Origin: Myxococcota bacterium
GTDB lineage: Bacteria > Myxococcota_A > UBA796 > GCA-2862545
Length of the DNA stretch: 64,000 bases
Direction: 5' to 3'
Assembly (NCBI GenBank): GCA_039208735.1
Contig: JBCCQY010000004.1
Coordinates: forward strand, 32,001 to 96,000
Shown piece after piece: positions 1 to 9,012 of this stretch. The notes beneath the pieces were generated by a model. It was not told the origin of the DNA, made no database searches, and saw nothing but the letters and a program-made list of their open reading frames with translations. A program made the translations under genes and the position numbers. How positions within the stretch are numbered: the stretch's first letter is position 1; each line of letters begins with the position of its first letter.

Positions 1-31
1 TTCATATATGAGGCTTACATGAAGTGTTTGG

Positions 32-459
32 GTGTACTGCGTGCAGAACAACAGCTCGGCGCCCGCCACGGACTGCGACGATTCCAATCCGCTGGTGAAT
101 CCCGAGCTTCCAGAAGTGGTCGATGGTGTCGACAACGACTGTGATGGCGCGATTGACGAAGACACGACTGCATTCGATGATGATGGGGATTGCTACTGCG
201 AGATTCAACCTGTCGCAAGAGCATCAACAGCATTTGTGAGCCCCAATGGTGCACAGGGAACAACCTCGACAACCCTGGGCTGTCCATAAACGGAATGCGT
301 TGCCAACGTTGGTTACTGAGTTCATCCCCGCAATCTGGCCCCACGTCCATACTACGCCCCACCCGACACTCGGGCCGAAGTGGCTCCAGCTCCCGGACGT
401 TAGCTCCGTTGCCGAAATTACTACGTGGGCGGGGGGATAATCTCCACCGTGGTGCGTGA
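32..459 (+). pseudogene. Fragment of a MopE-like (putative metal-binding motif, PF11617-type) repeat protein, apparently frameshifted
   Basis: DCDDSNPLVNPELPEVVDGVDNDCDGAIDE matches the motif. After DDDGDCYCEIQP the Cys-rich sequence continues in another frame (CRKSINSICEPQ, ORF 190..459). There is an in-frame TGA at 20-22. Confidence 0.55.
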
Positions 460-1149
460 CTGTGTTGAGGAAAAGCCGTCTGACTGCGTTTCTTCAAGAA
501 TGGTCGTGCCGCCATTGAGTAGGTCAGGACCTACAAAATCGCTAACCCAGAACTGTTCGTCGGAGCCGTCAATGAGCCCATCCCGGAACTCAGTATGAGC
601 CACCCAAGAGATGAGTTCCGTCCCTTCATCATTGAACTGGAAGGTATGGAATACGGTTCCGTCCGATGGCACCCAGACTGCGTTGTTGACTTTGTTGGGG
701 CAATCCGTCTCGAAGAGAGACCAGCTTCCATCGAAGGTGACGCAGCGTCCTTCGACATTTGGGGCTCCCGTGGTTTCGCCCGTGAACCGAGCCAGGCAAC
801 TTTGACTCAGGATAGTGACGGCCAGCTCCAACTCAATGATGCCTCCGACCATCGGGTTGGCCGAGGGCCCCGCGCAGGCCGCAGCCATCGCGTCGTCGGG
901 AGGGGGGCCGGTAGGGATGCGGTCATCTTCGGTTTCATCGCCCGTATCCTTTGGGGTGGTGCCGCCCGTCAGCGTGGGTGGGGCGACGCCGTCCTCGCAA
1001 TCCGGAGCCCCTGCACAGTCCGGGTCGTTGCAGTCGAACAGTCCATCCACATCGTTGTCCGCGCCGTCCGTGCATTCGCCGGGGTCATCGCCTTCGCGTT
1101 CGCGGTCGCCAATCAGGACACACGCGACCAACATCCACCACATCGCCAT
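421..1149 (-). CDS. Putative lipoprotein with myxobacterial-type Cys/Asp motif
   Basis: Short hydrophobic N-terminus MWWMLVAC followed by EGDDPGECTDGADNDVDGLFDCNDPDC; a GGAGG lies a few nt upstream of the start. Confidence 0.7.
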   Translation of the reverse strand: MAMWWMLVACVLIGDREREGDDPGECTDGADNDVDGLFDCNDPDCAGAPDCEDGVAPPTLTGGTTPKDTGDETEDDRIPTGPPPDDAMAAACAGPSANPMVGGIIELELAVTILSQSCLARFTGETTGAPNVEGRCVTFDGSWSLFETDCPNKVNNAVWVPSDGTVFHTFQFNDEGTELISWVAHTEFRDGLIDGSDEQFWVSDFVGPDLLNGGTTILEETQSDGFSSTQSRTTVEIIPPPT

Positions 1150-1294
1150 CTGAGGCCTCCGTTGAGGGGGCTGTCCCCGAGGGGGGCATGATAGCCGCCG
1201 GAAGGCTCCTCGACCTGTCGCACTTGCCGAATCGAAGCCTTATGGAACCGAGTCGGCGCCGGGAGGAGATGTCCCGGCCCGCAACGAGGAGATC

Positions 1295-2770
1295 ATGGCA
1301 CAGGATCGAGCAGTAACCCCCCGTTCCGAGGACTACAGCAAGTGGTACCTCGACGTGATCGCGAGAGCCGACCTGGTCGACGACGCGCCCGTCCGGGGCT
1401 GCAAAGTCCTGAAGCCTCATGGCTATGCGATTTGGGAAGCCATCCAGCGCGATCTTGACCGGCGGTTCAAAGATACCGGCCACGAAAATGCCTACTTCCC
1501 CCTCTTCATCCCGATGTCGTTCCTCTCGAAGGAAGCCGATCACGTCGAGGGATTCGCGATGGAGACGGCGCTCGTGACCCACCACCGCCTGCGAGCCGCA
1601 GAAGGGGGCGGCGTCGAACCCGACCCGGATTCGCAACTCGAAGAACCCTATGTCGTACGGCCGACCTCGGAAACGGTCATTTGGCACATGTACGGCCGAT
1701 GGATCGAGAGCTGGCGCGACCTGCCGATCCTCATCAACCAGTGGGCGAACGTGGTCCGTTGGGAACTCCGCACGCGGCCGTTCCTTCGCACGGCTGAGTT
1801 CCTCTGGCAGGAAGGTCACACCGCCCACGCCACGGCCAAGGAAGCGGAAGCCGAAACCTTGCAAATGCTTGAAGTCTACCGTGCGTTCGCCGAAGACTTC
1901 CTCGCGGTTCCCGTATTGACCGGCCGCAAATCAGCGCGGGAGCGCTTCGCAGGAGCCGTCGAGACCTACACCATCGAAGCGATGATGCAGAACGGGTGGG
2001 CGCTGCAGTCCGGTACGAGCCACTTTCTTGGGCAAAACTTCGCCAAGGCATTCGACGTCACGTTCCAGAATGAAGCTGGCGAGCGCGATTTTGTCTGGGC
2101 GACTTCCTGGGGGGTGTCGACGCGGCTCATTGGCGCGGTGGTGATGACTCACAGCGACGACGACGGGTTGGTTCTGCCCCCAAAGGTGGCTCCGGTGCAG
2201 GTCGTCATCATCCCGGTCTACAAGAGCAAAGACCGCGACGTCGTAATGGAAGCGGTCGACAAGCTGCACGCCGACCTTAAGGCGCACTTCCGGGTCAAGG
2301 TCGACGACCGCGACAACCTACGTCCGGGCGCCAAGTACTTTGAGTGGGAACAAAAGGGCGTGCCCCTACGGCTCGAGGTGGGGCCCCGCGATGTGGCCAA
2401 GGGTCAGGCGTTCGCCAAGCGTCGGACGGGGGGCGACAAGTTCGCTGTCACCCTCGACAACGCCGTGGCCGAAGTCACCGAGGTGCTCGATGGGGTCCAG
2501 CAGGCCTTGTTCGATGCCGCTGTCGCACGGCGAGAGGCCATGACCTACACCGTGGAGTCGCGCGAGGCGTTCGTGGAGGGGCTCGACGAGCAACCCGGGT
2601 TCTACCGCATTCCCTGGGGCGGCGATGACGACGATGAAGCGCAGATCCAGTCGGAGGTCCGCGCGACGCTGCGTTGCTATCCGCTCGAGCAGGACGCGGT
2701 CGAAGGAATGACCTGCCCGCTGACCGGAAAGCCTTCACATACCTGGGCCATCTTCGCGCGCGCCTACTGA
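1295..2770 (+). CDS. proS: Proline--tRNA ligase (archaeal/eukaryotic-like type)
   Basis: Motifs VRPTSET, FLRTAEFLWQEGHTAH, QSGTSHFLGQNFAKAF and SWGVSTRLIG; C-terminal FARAY; RBS GAGGAG. Confidence 0.98.
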   Translation: MAQDRAVTPRSEDYSKWYLDVIARADLVDDAPVRGCKVLKPHGYAIWEAIQRDLDRRFKDTGHENAYFPLFIPMSFLSKEADHVEGFAMETALVTHHRLRAAEGGGVEPDPDSQLEEPYVVRPTSETVIWHMYGRWIESWRDLPILINQWANVVRWELRTRPFLRTAEFLWQEGHTAHATAKEAEAETLQMLEVYRAFAEDFLAVPVLTGRKSARERFAGAVETYTIEAMMQNGWALQSGTSHFLGQNFAKAFDVTFQNEAGERDFVWATSWGVSTRLIGAVVMTHSDDDGLVLPPKVAPVQVVIIPVYKSKDRDVVMEAVDKLHADLKAHFRVKVDDRDNLRPGAKYFEWEQKGVPLRLEVGPRDVAKGQAFAKRRTGGDKFAVTLDNAVAEVTEVLDGVQQALFDAAVARREAMTYTVESREAFVEGLDEQPGFYRIPWGGDDDDEAQIQSEVRATLRCYPLEQDAVEGMTCPLTGKPSHTWAIFARAY

Positions 2771-2771
2771 G

Positions 2772-3605
2772 CTACTCGATCGCGGTGGGGTCCCATGCGG
2801 TCCGGCCGTTCTCGTCATCGGCGAGCCCGCCCAGCGCTTCGTGGTCGGACTCGTCGAGGGCGAAATCGAAAATCGCTGCGTTGTCGTCGATGCGTTGGGG
2901 ATTCGAAGACTTGGGCAGGATGACCAGGTTTTGTTCGATGCCCCATCGGAGCAGCACCTGCGCTGCAGTTCGCCCATGTTTGGTGGCTACCGACTGCAGT
3001 GTGGGGTCGTCGAGCCGCTTGCCCTTGGTCAGTGGTGAATACGCCTGAACCGTGATGCCTTGGGCCGCACAGAACGCTCGCAGGCCGGTCTGCGGCAAGA
3101 ATGGGTGGCACTCCACTTGGTTCACGGCGGGCGGAACCTTGGCCTGGTCGAGCAGTTCCGTGAGATGGCGCTGAGTGTAGTTGCTCACGCCGATGGCGCG
3201 GGCCTGACCGTCGGCGAAAATGGCCTCCAAGGCACGCCAACTGTCCTTTCGCTTCTCGGGAACGGGCCAATGGATCAGGTAAAGGTCGACTTGGGCGACG
3301 CCAAGCGTTTCAAGGCTTCGATCGAACGCATGGCGTGCCTCGTCGTAGCCATGGTCATCATTCCAGAGTTTTGTCGTGACGAAAATCTCGTCCCTGGCCA
3401 CCTCGGATGTGCGCAGTGCGGCACCGACTTCCTCTTCGTTCCGATAGATGCTGGCCGTGTCGATGTGTCGATAGCCCGTTCGCAATGCGTGCAGGACTGC
3501 GCCGACCGTTCCGTCTCCTGGGCCGGCACGGAACACCCCGAGGCCTACGATGGGCATCTCGACGTTCGGCGCGATGGTCAGGGTGGATTGCAGGGACATC
3601 GTCAT
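2772..3605 (-). CDS. Aldo/keto reductase (2,5-DKG reductase-like)
   Basis: GYRHIDTASIYRNE, FVTTKLWN, DLYLIHWP, AIGVSNY and LPKSSNPQRI. Confidence 0.95.
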   Translation of the reverse strand: MTMSLQSTLTIAPNVEMPIVGLGVFRAGPGDGTVGAVLHALRTGYRHIDTASIYRNEEEVGAALRTSEVARDEIFVTTKLWNDDHGYDEARHAFDRSLETLGVAQVDLYLIHWPVPEKRKDSWRALEAIFADGQARAIGVSNYTQRHLTELLDQAKVPPAVNQVECHPFLPQTGLRAFCAAQGITVQAYSPLTKGKRLDDPTLQSVATKHGRTAAQVLLRWGIEQNLVILPKSSNPQRIDDNAAIFDFALDESDHEALGGLADDENGRTAWDPTAIE

Positions 3606-4093
3606 GGCAACTCCACGTCCAGGTCGAGTTCATCGATGATCTGTTTGGCCACACGCTGCTCGTGGCGGCCGAGCTGCGGCACAATGACGTGCGACACCAA
3701 TCGATAGAGCTGATCGAGGTCGGAAGCGTCTCCGTCCACGGGTACATAGATCACCGTGCATCGTTCGAGCACCTTGGCCCGGAGCGTCTCGTCGAGGAGC
3801 GTGGTGCTGCCCAACGCGATGACGGGCGGGGTGGACTGTGCAAGCGGACGGTCCAGCAGGGCGGTCTCAGCCTCGCGACGTGCCTCTTCGCCATCTTCGA
3901 GCAGGACGCGGCGGAGGTCCTTGCCCAGACGGTGTTCGACTGCGCGATCGAGGAGGAACAACGGCAGTCCCGTCAAGATCGACACCAAACGAGCCGTCTG
4001 ATTGATGCGGGCCGCGGGAAGTCCCACCAACGCGAGCGGTTTGTCGGGGATGACGAGCGGCGTGTAACTGTAGTAGTCGATCGGTTCAGACAT
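3602..4093 (-). CDS. Shikimate kinase-like protein with degenerate P-loop
   Basis: LD..VE..LG...GE...R..E and VIALG pattern of shikimate kinases, but Walker A reads GLPAARIN. ATG at 4093 chosen; stop overlaps the next start (ATGA). Confidence 0.65.
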   Translation of the reverse strand: MSEPIDYYSYTPLVIPDKPLALVGLPAARINQTARLVSILTGLPLFLLDRAVEHRLGKDLRRVLLEDGEEARREAETALLDRPLAQSTPPVIALGSTTLLDETLRAKVLERCTVIYVPVDGDASDLDQLYRLVSHVIVPQLGRHEQRVAKQIIDELDLDVELP

Positions 4094-4120
4094 GAGAACG
4101 TCGTATCGACGATCCAACGC

Positions 4121-4148
4121 AAAACGGAAGCACTAAGGCTTCCGTTTT
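4121..4148. terminator. Intrinsic terminator, probably bidirectional, closing the rhodopsin transcript
   Basis: Perfect inverted repeat AAAACGGAAGC-actaag-GCTTCCGTTTT, 28 nt past the stop of the 71-aa ORF. Confidence 0.8.
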
Positions 4149-4176
4149 CATCCTTCGGTGCTGATGGTCCTGCGGC

Positions 4177-4392
4177 CTAGTCGTCGTTCGCGGCGTTCCA
4201 GTTCCGCGCGACCAGGTAGCCGCCGACCCCGAGGTAGAGAACAGAGATCGACAAGAACGCGTCGAATCCGATGAACCCTAGGCCTTCGGGGATGAAGACC
4301 CCTGCCAGGACGGCCATGATGAGGCCAAGACCGCCCATGAACAGGATGGCAGCACCGGTGGTCCAGTAGTGGCCTCCAGCGTGCTGCAACAT
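4177..4392 (-). CDS. Small two-TM membrane protein co-transcribed with rhodopsin
   Basis: 71 aa with two hydrophobic Gly-rich segments. ATG lies 3 nt after the rhodopsin stop and a terminator follows. Confidence 0.7.
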   Translation of the reverse strand: MLQHAGGHYWTTGAAILFMGGLGLIMAVLAGVFIPEGLGFIGFDAFLSISVLYLGVGGYLVARNWNAANDD

Positions 4393-4395
4393 GAA

Positions 4396-5181
4396 CTACT
4401 TCGCCGTGGCCAGCCGCGCGTCGGCGACTTCACCCTCGGCTTCCATCTTGGAGCGCGCGATGGCGTAGATCATGAAGCCGTAGCCGCACTTGGCCGCGAT
4501 GTCCGCGATGGAGTAGCCGACCTGCAGGCCCACCACGGTCTCAGGACTCACCCCGAGGAGCGGAAGCGCGTAGGCGATGGGGTAGAAGCCCCACGTGGCG
4601 AGCAGGAGCAGACGGGTGTTGCGGAGAAGAACCTTGGTGTCCTCATCAAAGTCCGCCGCGGCCGAGGTCATTTCGACCCAAAGGACGTAGAGGATGTAGA
4701 GGAACGGAATGGTCGAGAGGACGGCCCAGATCACACGGGTCTGGAAGTCTGCCGAGATCTCGCCAGGGTAGCCAAGGCCGATCATCAGCGCCGAGGCGAT
4801 GACGAGGCGCGGCATCAGCGTGTTGCGGCGTTCGGCCGGCAGCGCGAGAACGGCGACGAGTTCCGCCACGAGGAGAGGCACGGTGAGGAGCCAGTCGACG
4901 TAGCGGTAGGCATCGTTGAACGGCTTTCCGGTTGCGGTGTACACCCCAGCTTCGGTGATGGCATACGCCTCTTCCCAGCTGTTGAAAATTCGCCAGTAGT
5001 GGTACGCGGCAATGCCGACGACCAACGACGAGAGAATCATGGCCGGACGGTACTTCGCAGAGAGCTGCTGGCGAGCCTGAACGAAGAACACGAACGAGCC
5101 GAGCATGGCCGCGATGGCCAGCGACAACATGTTGTACACCAGGTTGAACTGGACTGGCGTAAGTTGGGACGGAAGTTCCAC
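4396..5181 (-). CDS. Microbial rhodopsin, xanthorhodopsin/Gloeobacter/actinorhodopsin-like DTE proton pump
   Basis: Helix C FNDAYRYVDWLLTVPLLVAE (D-T-E; Leu at the spectral-tuning site), helix B His (AYHYWRI), LGYPGE, TWGFYPIAY and Schiff-base Lys in ADIAAK. GTG start at 5181 with RBS AGGAGAGG. Confidence 0.97.
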   Translation of the reverse strand: MELPSQLTPVQFNLVYNMLSLAIAAMLGSFVFFVQARQQLSAKYRPAMILSSLVVGIAAYHYWRIFNSWEEAYAITEAGVYTATGKPFNDAYRYVDWLLTVPLLVAELVAVLALPAERRNTLMPRLVIASALMIGLGYPGEISADFQTRVIWAVLSTIPFLYILYVLWVEMTSAAADFDEDTKVLLRNTRLLLLATWGFYPIAYALPLLGVSPETVVGLQVGYSIADIAAKCGYGFMIYAIARSKMEAEGEVADARLATAK

Positions 5182-5252
5182 TGTTTTCCTCTCCTTGGAC
5201 GGTTGAAGAGAACCCAGGGGTATCAATTCAAAAGCGGTTCGGAGACCTGTTC

Positions 5253-5296
5253 AAAAAAAACAGAAGCTCTTCACGCTGTAGATGGCGGAAGAGCTT
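5253..5296 (-). terminator. Intrinsic terminator between the MerR/LitR gene and the rhodopsin gene
   Basis: Minus strand reads AAGCTCTTCCGC-loop-GCGTGAAGAGCTT, then CTG and T8. Confidence 0.75.
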
Positions 5297-5366
5297 GGGT
5301 TTTTCTTGGGTTGTGCCGCTTGTGCGATCTTGGTGAGCCTACACGATCGCGTTCAGCATGGGCTCG

Positions 5367-6296
5367 CTACGTTGGCACTTCGATGCCGTCATGCTTCAAG
5401 ACCAAGTCAAGCAAGTCCTCCATTTGAAGGCGGGCCCATCCCGTGCCCTCTTCCAGGGTCCGATGCACCGTTTCATCTTCGGGCGACTCGCTAACGCAAC
5501 GTCGACTGTACTCTTCGAATGCCACCAACGACGTCACGAGGCTCGCGATGTGGTTCGGGCATTCGCACTGGAGGCTCGCGGACTGTTCAGCTAGCGCGCG
5601 AAGCTGTTCCAACGAGAATCGGGGCTCGCTCGCGGCCCCGCGACCGAGGGAGCGGGCGCCGCTGTCCGCGAGGAAAAAGTCGGCCAGTACCTGGCGGAAC
5701 TCAGCACTTGGAAGTGGCGTGCGCAGGACCCGTACGCCGGGTAGCTCAAGTTCAGCTCGGCGTGCACTCGGCAGAAAGGCGTAGGTGACGACCACCCGGG
5801 CATCGTTGAGCTTTGATTGCAGGTCGAGCACCGCATCCTTGGGCGTTGGTCCAAGTGCGTCGAGACCGATCACGACCAGGTCGACCTCGTCGTTCGGATG
5901 GGGCAGCTCGCTGCGGTCGGAAATGGTCTGGGTGACCTGGACGCGCACGCCCGATCCCGTCGATCCATCGAGTCGCAGGGGCGTTGACCCAATCCACAGC
6001 ACCCGAATGTCACCATGAACCGGCCTCGGTTGATCCTGGGACAGCTCAAGCCGCTGGCGAAGTTCGGCAAGCTCGAGCTTCGCAAGCGTGCTGATGCGTG
6101 AACCACTCTCGACCAACTGTGCGATTAAACAGAGACGATCTACTTCTTCGTTGGAATACCGCCGTTGCCCACCTGGCGTACGCTCGGGGTTGACCACCCC
6201 GTAGCGACGTTCCCATGTACGAAGAGTTTCGGCGGGGATCCCGGTGAGTTCGGCCACGGCAGCGATGTTGAAGTGCCCACGCACGATTGCCCCCAA
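5367..6296 (-). CDS. MerR-family regulator, CarH/LitR-type HTH with Cys-rich C-terminus (class III LitR-like)
   Basis: HTH contains LRTWERRYG. No cobalamin-binding W-x9-EH or (D/E)xHxxG motif. C-terminus has CECPNH-x13-YSRRC and a later H. Start may be GTG at 6284. Confidence 0.88.
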   Translation of the reverse strand: MGAIVRGHFNIAAVAELTGIPAETLRTWERRYGVVNPERTPGGQRRYSNEEVDRLCLIAQLVESGSRISTLAKLELAELRQRLELSQDQPRPVHGDIRVLWIGSTPLRLDGSTGSGVRVQVTQTISDRSELPHPNDEVDLVVIGLDALGPTPKDAVLDLQSKLNDARVVVTYAFLPSARRAELELPGVRVLRTPLPSAEFRQVLADFFLADSGARSLGRGAASEPRFSLEQLRALAEQSASLQCECPNHIASLVTSLVAFEEYSRRCVSESPEDETVHRTLEEGTGWARLQMEDLLDLVLKHDGIEVPT

Positions 6297-6309
6297 ACCT
6301 GGTCAGTTC

Positions 6310-6337
6310 CGAACATGGGCCTCATAGCCCATGTTCG
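6310..6337. promoter_or_regulatory. Perfect 11-bp inverted repeat between sdhB and the MerR gene (hairpin or operator)
   Basis: CGAACATGGGC-ctcata-GCCCATGTTCG; no U-tract follows on the minus strand. Confidence 0.5.
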
Positions 6338-6338
6338 C

Positions 6339-7088
6339 TCAAGACGCTTCTGCTGTCATCGCCCGGAGGTACTCGCGGTTGAGCTGGGCGATCATGGATA
6401 GGTCGATACCCTTGGGACAGACCGCTGCACACTCACCATGGTTACTACAAGCGCCAAAACCCTGTTCATCATGCACAGCGATCATGTTCAGGACGCGCTG
6501 TGTACGCTCAGGATGGCCCTGCGGAACTTCTGAGAGGTGCGTGACTTTCGCGGCAGTAAAAAGCATCGCGGAGGCGTTGGGGCAGGCGGCGACACACGCG
6601 CCACAGCCAATACAGGCCGCAGCCGCGAACGCACGATCCGCGAATTGCTTGCCAACCTGGATCGCGTGGGCATCGGGGGCTGCACCGGTTCGCACGCTGA
6701 TGTAGCCGCCAGCCTGGATGATCTTGTCGAGCGAGCTGCGGTCGACGATGAGGTCCCGAACGATGGGGAAGGCGTCGGCGCGGAACGGCTCGAGCGTGAT
6801 GGTGTCGCCATCGCGGTACGTCCGCATGTGCAGCTGGCACAGCGTGGCGCGCGTGGTGGGACCATGAGCCACCCCGTCGACCATGCACCCACAGGACCCG
6901 CAGATGCCTTCACGACAATCGTGCTCGTAGGCCACGGGGCGTTCGCCTTTAGACAACAGCTCTTCGTTCAAGACGTCGAGCACGTCCAGCATGGACAGTT
7001 CTTCGGTGACGCCTTGCACCGTATAGGTCTTGAACGCGCCCGCTTTATCGGGCGCTTCCTGGCGCCAGACCTTGAGCGTGAGATTCAC
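6339..7088 (-). CDS. sdhB: Succinate dehydrogenase/fumarate reductase Fe-S subunit
   Basis: [23 protein letters not shown] and [15 protein letters not shown]. Confidence 0.97.
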   Translation of the reverse strand: MNLTLKVWRQEAPDKAGAFKTYTVQGVTEELSMLDVLDVLNEELLSKGERPVAYEHDCREGICGSCGCMVDGVAHGPTTRATLCQLHMRTYRDGDTITLEPFRADAFPIVRDLIVDRSSLDKIIQAGGYISVRTGAAPDAHAIQVGKQFADRAFAAAACIGCGACVAACPNASAMLFTAAKVTHLSEVPQGHPERTQRVLNMIAVHDEQGFGACSNHGECAAVCPKGIDLSMIAQLNREYLRAMTAEAS

Positions 7089-9001
7089 TGGTAGCTCCTC
7101 GTGGAGGGAGTGACAGCCTTGAAAACCAGCTCCTCGGTGTGGCGCACCGGTTCCTGGCCCTCGCCGCGGTACTCGAAGACGGCCGAGTGTGAGAAGTTCT
7201 CATCGTCACGCAGCGCTTCGCCTTCGGGGGTCTGGTGCTCCTCGCGGAAGTGAGCCCCACAGGATTCTTCGCGCGTGAGTGCATCGCGAACCATGATCTC
7301 GGCGAATTCGAGGAAGTCGGCAACGCGGCCGGCTTCTTCGAGTGCGAGGTTCAGGTCGCTGCCCGAGCCGGGCACCGACACGTCGGACCAAAATGCCTTT
7401 TTGATGTCGGGAATACGGGAAAGTGCATCTTCAAGCCCTTCCTTGGTCCGCGACATGCCGCACGCGTTCCAGACGAGCGACCCGAGTTCCCGGTGGAAAC
7501 TTGCCGCAGGGCGGCTCCCCCCGACATCGAGCAGCTTCTGGGTATGGGCGTTGACCTCGTCGACAGCGGCCTGGAACTCACCCTGGCGCTCGTCGACCTG
7601 TCCGGGCTTCTCGCCCGCTAGGTAGTCCCCGATGGTGTAAGGCAGCACGAAGTAGCCGTCGGCCAGACCCTGCATGAGCGCCGAGGCGCCCAAGCGGTTC
7701 GCGCCATGGTCCGAGAAGTTGGCCTCACCGCAAACGAACAGCCCTGGGATGCTGCTCATCAGATGATAGTCGACCCAGAGCCCGCCCATCGTGTAGTGGG
7801 GAGCTGGGAAGATGCGCATGGGAGTCTTGAGGGGGCTGTCGCCCGTGATGCGCTCATACATTTCGAACAGGTTTCCGTACCGTTCGAGAATGCGCTCTTC
7901 GCCAACGCGTGAAATCGCACTTGCGAAATCGAGGAAGACGCTTTCTTTTCGCGCGCCTACGCCAAAACCAGAGTCGCACATGCGCTTGGCGGCACGGCTG
8001 GCAACATCGCGAGGCACGAGGTTGCCAAACGCCGGGTACATGCGCTCGAGGAAGTAGTCGCGTTCGGTCTCTTCATCGATGTCGGCGGGGTCGCGGCCGT
8101 CTTCCTTCTTCTTGGGGACCCACACCCGACCGTCGTTGCGCAGCGACTCGCTCATCAAGGTGAGCTTCGACTGAAATTCGCCCGAACGCGGAATGCAGGT
8201 CGGGTGGATCTGGGTGAAGCTCGGGTTCGCAAAGCCTGCCCCACGCTTGTAGGCGCGGTAGGTCGCGGTGACGTTGCACTTCTTGGCGTTGGTCGAAAGG
8301 TAGTAGACGTTGCTGTAGCCGCCCGTGCACAGCACAACTGCGTCGGCCTTCCAAGTGTCGATGCGCCCCGTCGACAGGTCTCGGGTCACGATGCCCTTGG
8401 CATGGCCATCGACCACGACGATGTCGAGCAGTTCGGTGCGGTTGTGCATCTCGACATTGCCCTCGGCAATCTGTCGGGACAAGGCACTGTACGCACCAAG
8501 GAGGAGCTGCTGGCCGGTCTGGCCTTGGGCGTAGAAGGTCCGCGAGACGAGTGCGCCGCCAAACGAGCGGTTGGCGAGGAAACCACCGTATTCCCTGGCG
8601 AAGGGAACGCCCTGGGCCACCGCCTGGTCGATGATGCCCATGGACGATTCAGCGAGACGGTGGACGTTGGCCTCGCGGGCACGGAAGTCACCGCCCTTGA
8701 CGGTATCGTAGAACAGGCGCCAGACGCTGTCGTCGTCGTTCTGGTAGTTCTTCGCCGCGTTGATGCCGCCCTGGGCCGCAATGGAGTGCGCCCGGCGGGG
8801 GGAGTCGTGGTAGGTGAACGCCGTCACGTGGTAGCCGAGTTCGGCAAGGGACGCGGCGGCGGATGCTCCGGCGAGCCCCGTTCCGACGATGATGACGCTG
8901 TAGCGCCGCTTGTTGGCAGGGCTCACGACCCGAAGGTTGCGCTTGGTGTCGGACCAAGCGGTCTCGACCGAGCCGGAAGGAATGCGAGAATCGAGATTCA
9001 T
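7085..9001 (-). CDS. sdhA: Succinate dehydrogenase/fumarate reductase flavoprotein
   Basis: [34 protein letters not shown] and [11 protein letters not shown]. Real ATG at 9001 with RBS AAAGGA. Confidence 0.97.
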   Translation of the reverse strand: MNLDSRIPSGSVETAWSDTKRNLRVVSPANKRRYSVIIVGTGLAGASAAASLAELGYHVTAFTYHDSPRRAHSIAAQGGINAAKNYQNDDDSVWRLFYDTVKGGDFRAREANVHRLAESSMGIIDQAVAQGVPFAREYGGFLANRSFGGALVSRTFYAQGQTGQQLLLGAYSALSRQIAEGNVEMHNRTELLDIVVVDGHAKGIVTRDLSTGRIDTWKADAVVLCTGGYSNVYYLSTNAKKCNVTATYRAYKRGAGFANPSFTQIHPTCIPRSGEFQSKLTLMSESLRNDGRVWVPKKKEDGRDPADIDEETERDYFLERMYPAFGNLVPRDVASRAAKRMCDSGFGVGARKESVFLDFASAISRVGEERILERYGNLFEMYERITGDSPLKTPMRIFPAPHYTMGGLWVDYHLMSSIPGLFVCGEANFSDHGANRLGASALMQGLADGYFVLPYTIGDYLAGEKPGQVDERQGEFQAAVDEVNAHTQKLLDVGGSRPAASFHRELGSLVWNACGMSRTKEGLEDALSRIPDIKKAFWSDVSVPGSGSDLNLALEEAGRVADFLEFAEIMVRDALTREESCGAHFREEHQTPEGEALRDDENFSHSAVFEYRGEGQEPVRHTEELVFKAVTPSTRSYQ

Positions 9002-9012
9002 CAGTGTTCCTT

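Noticed and set aside
4396..5181. Sensory, sodium- or chloride-pumping rhodopsin
   Set aside because: The helix C motif is DTE with the helix B His, not NDQ or NTQ, and no transducer domain is seen.
5367..6296. Calling the regulator CarH (B12 photoreceptor)
   Set aside because: The cobalamin-binding motifs W-x9-EH and (D/E)xHxxG are absent.
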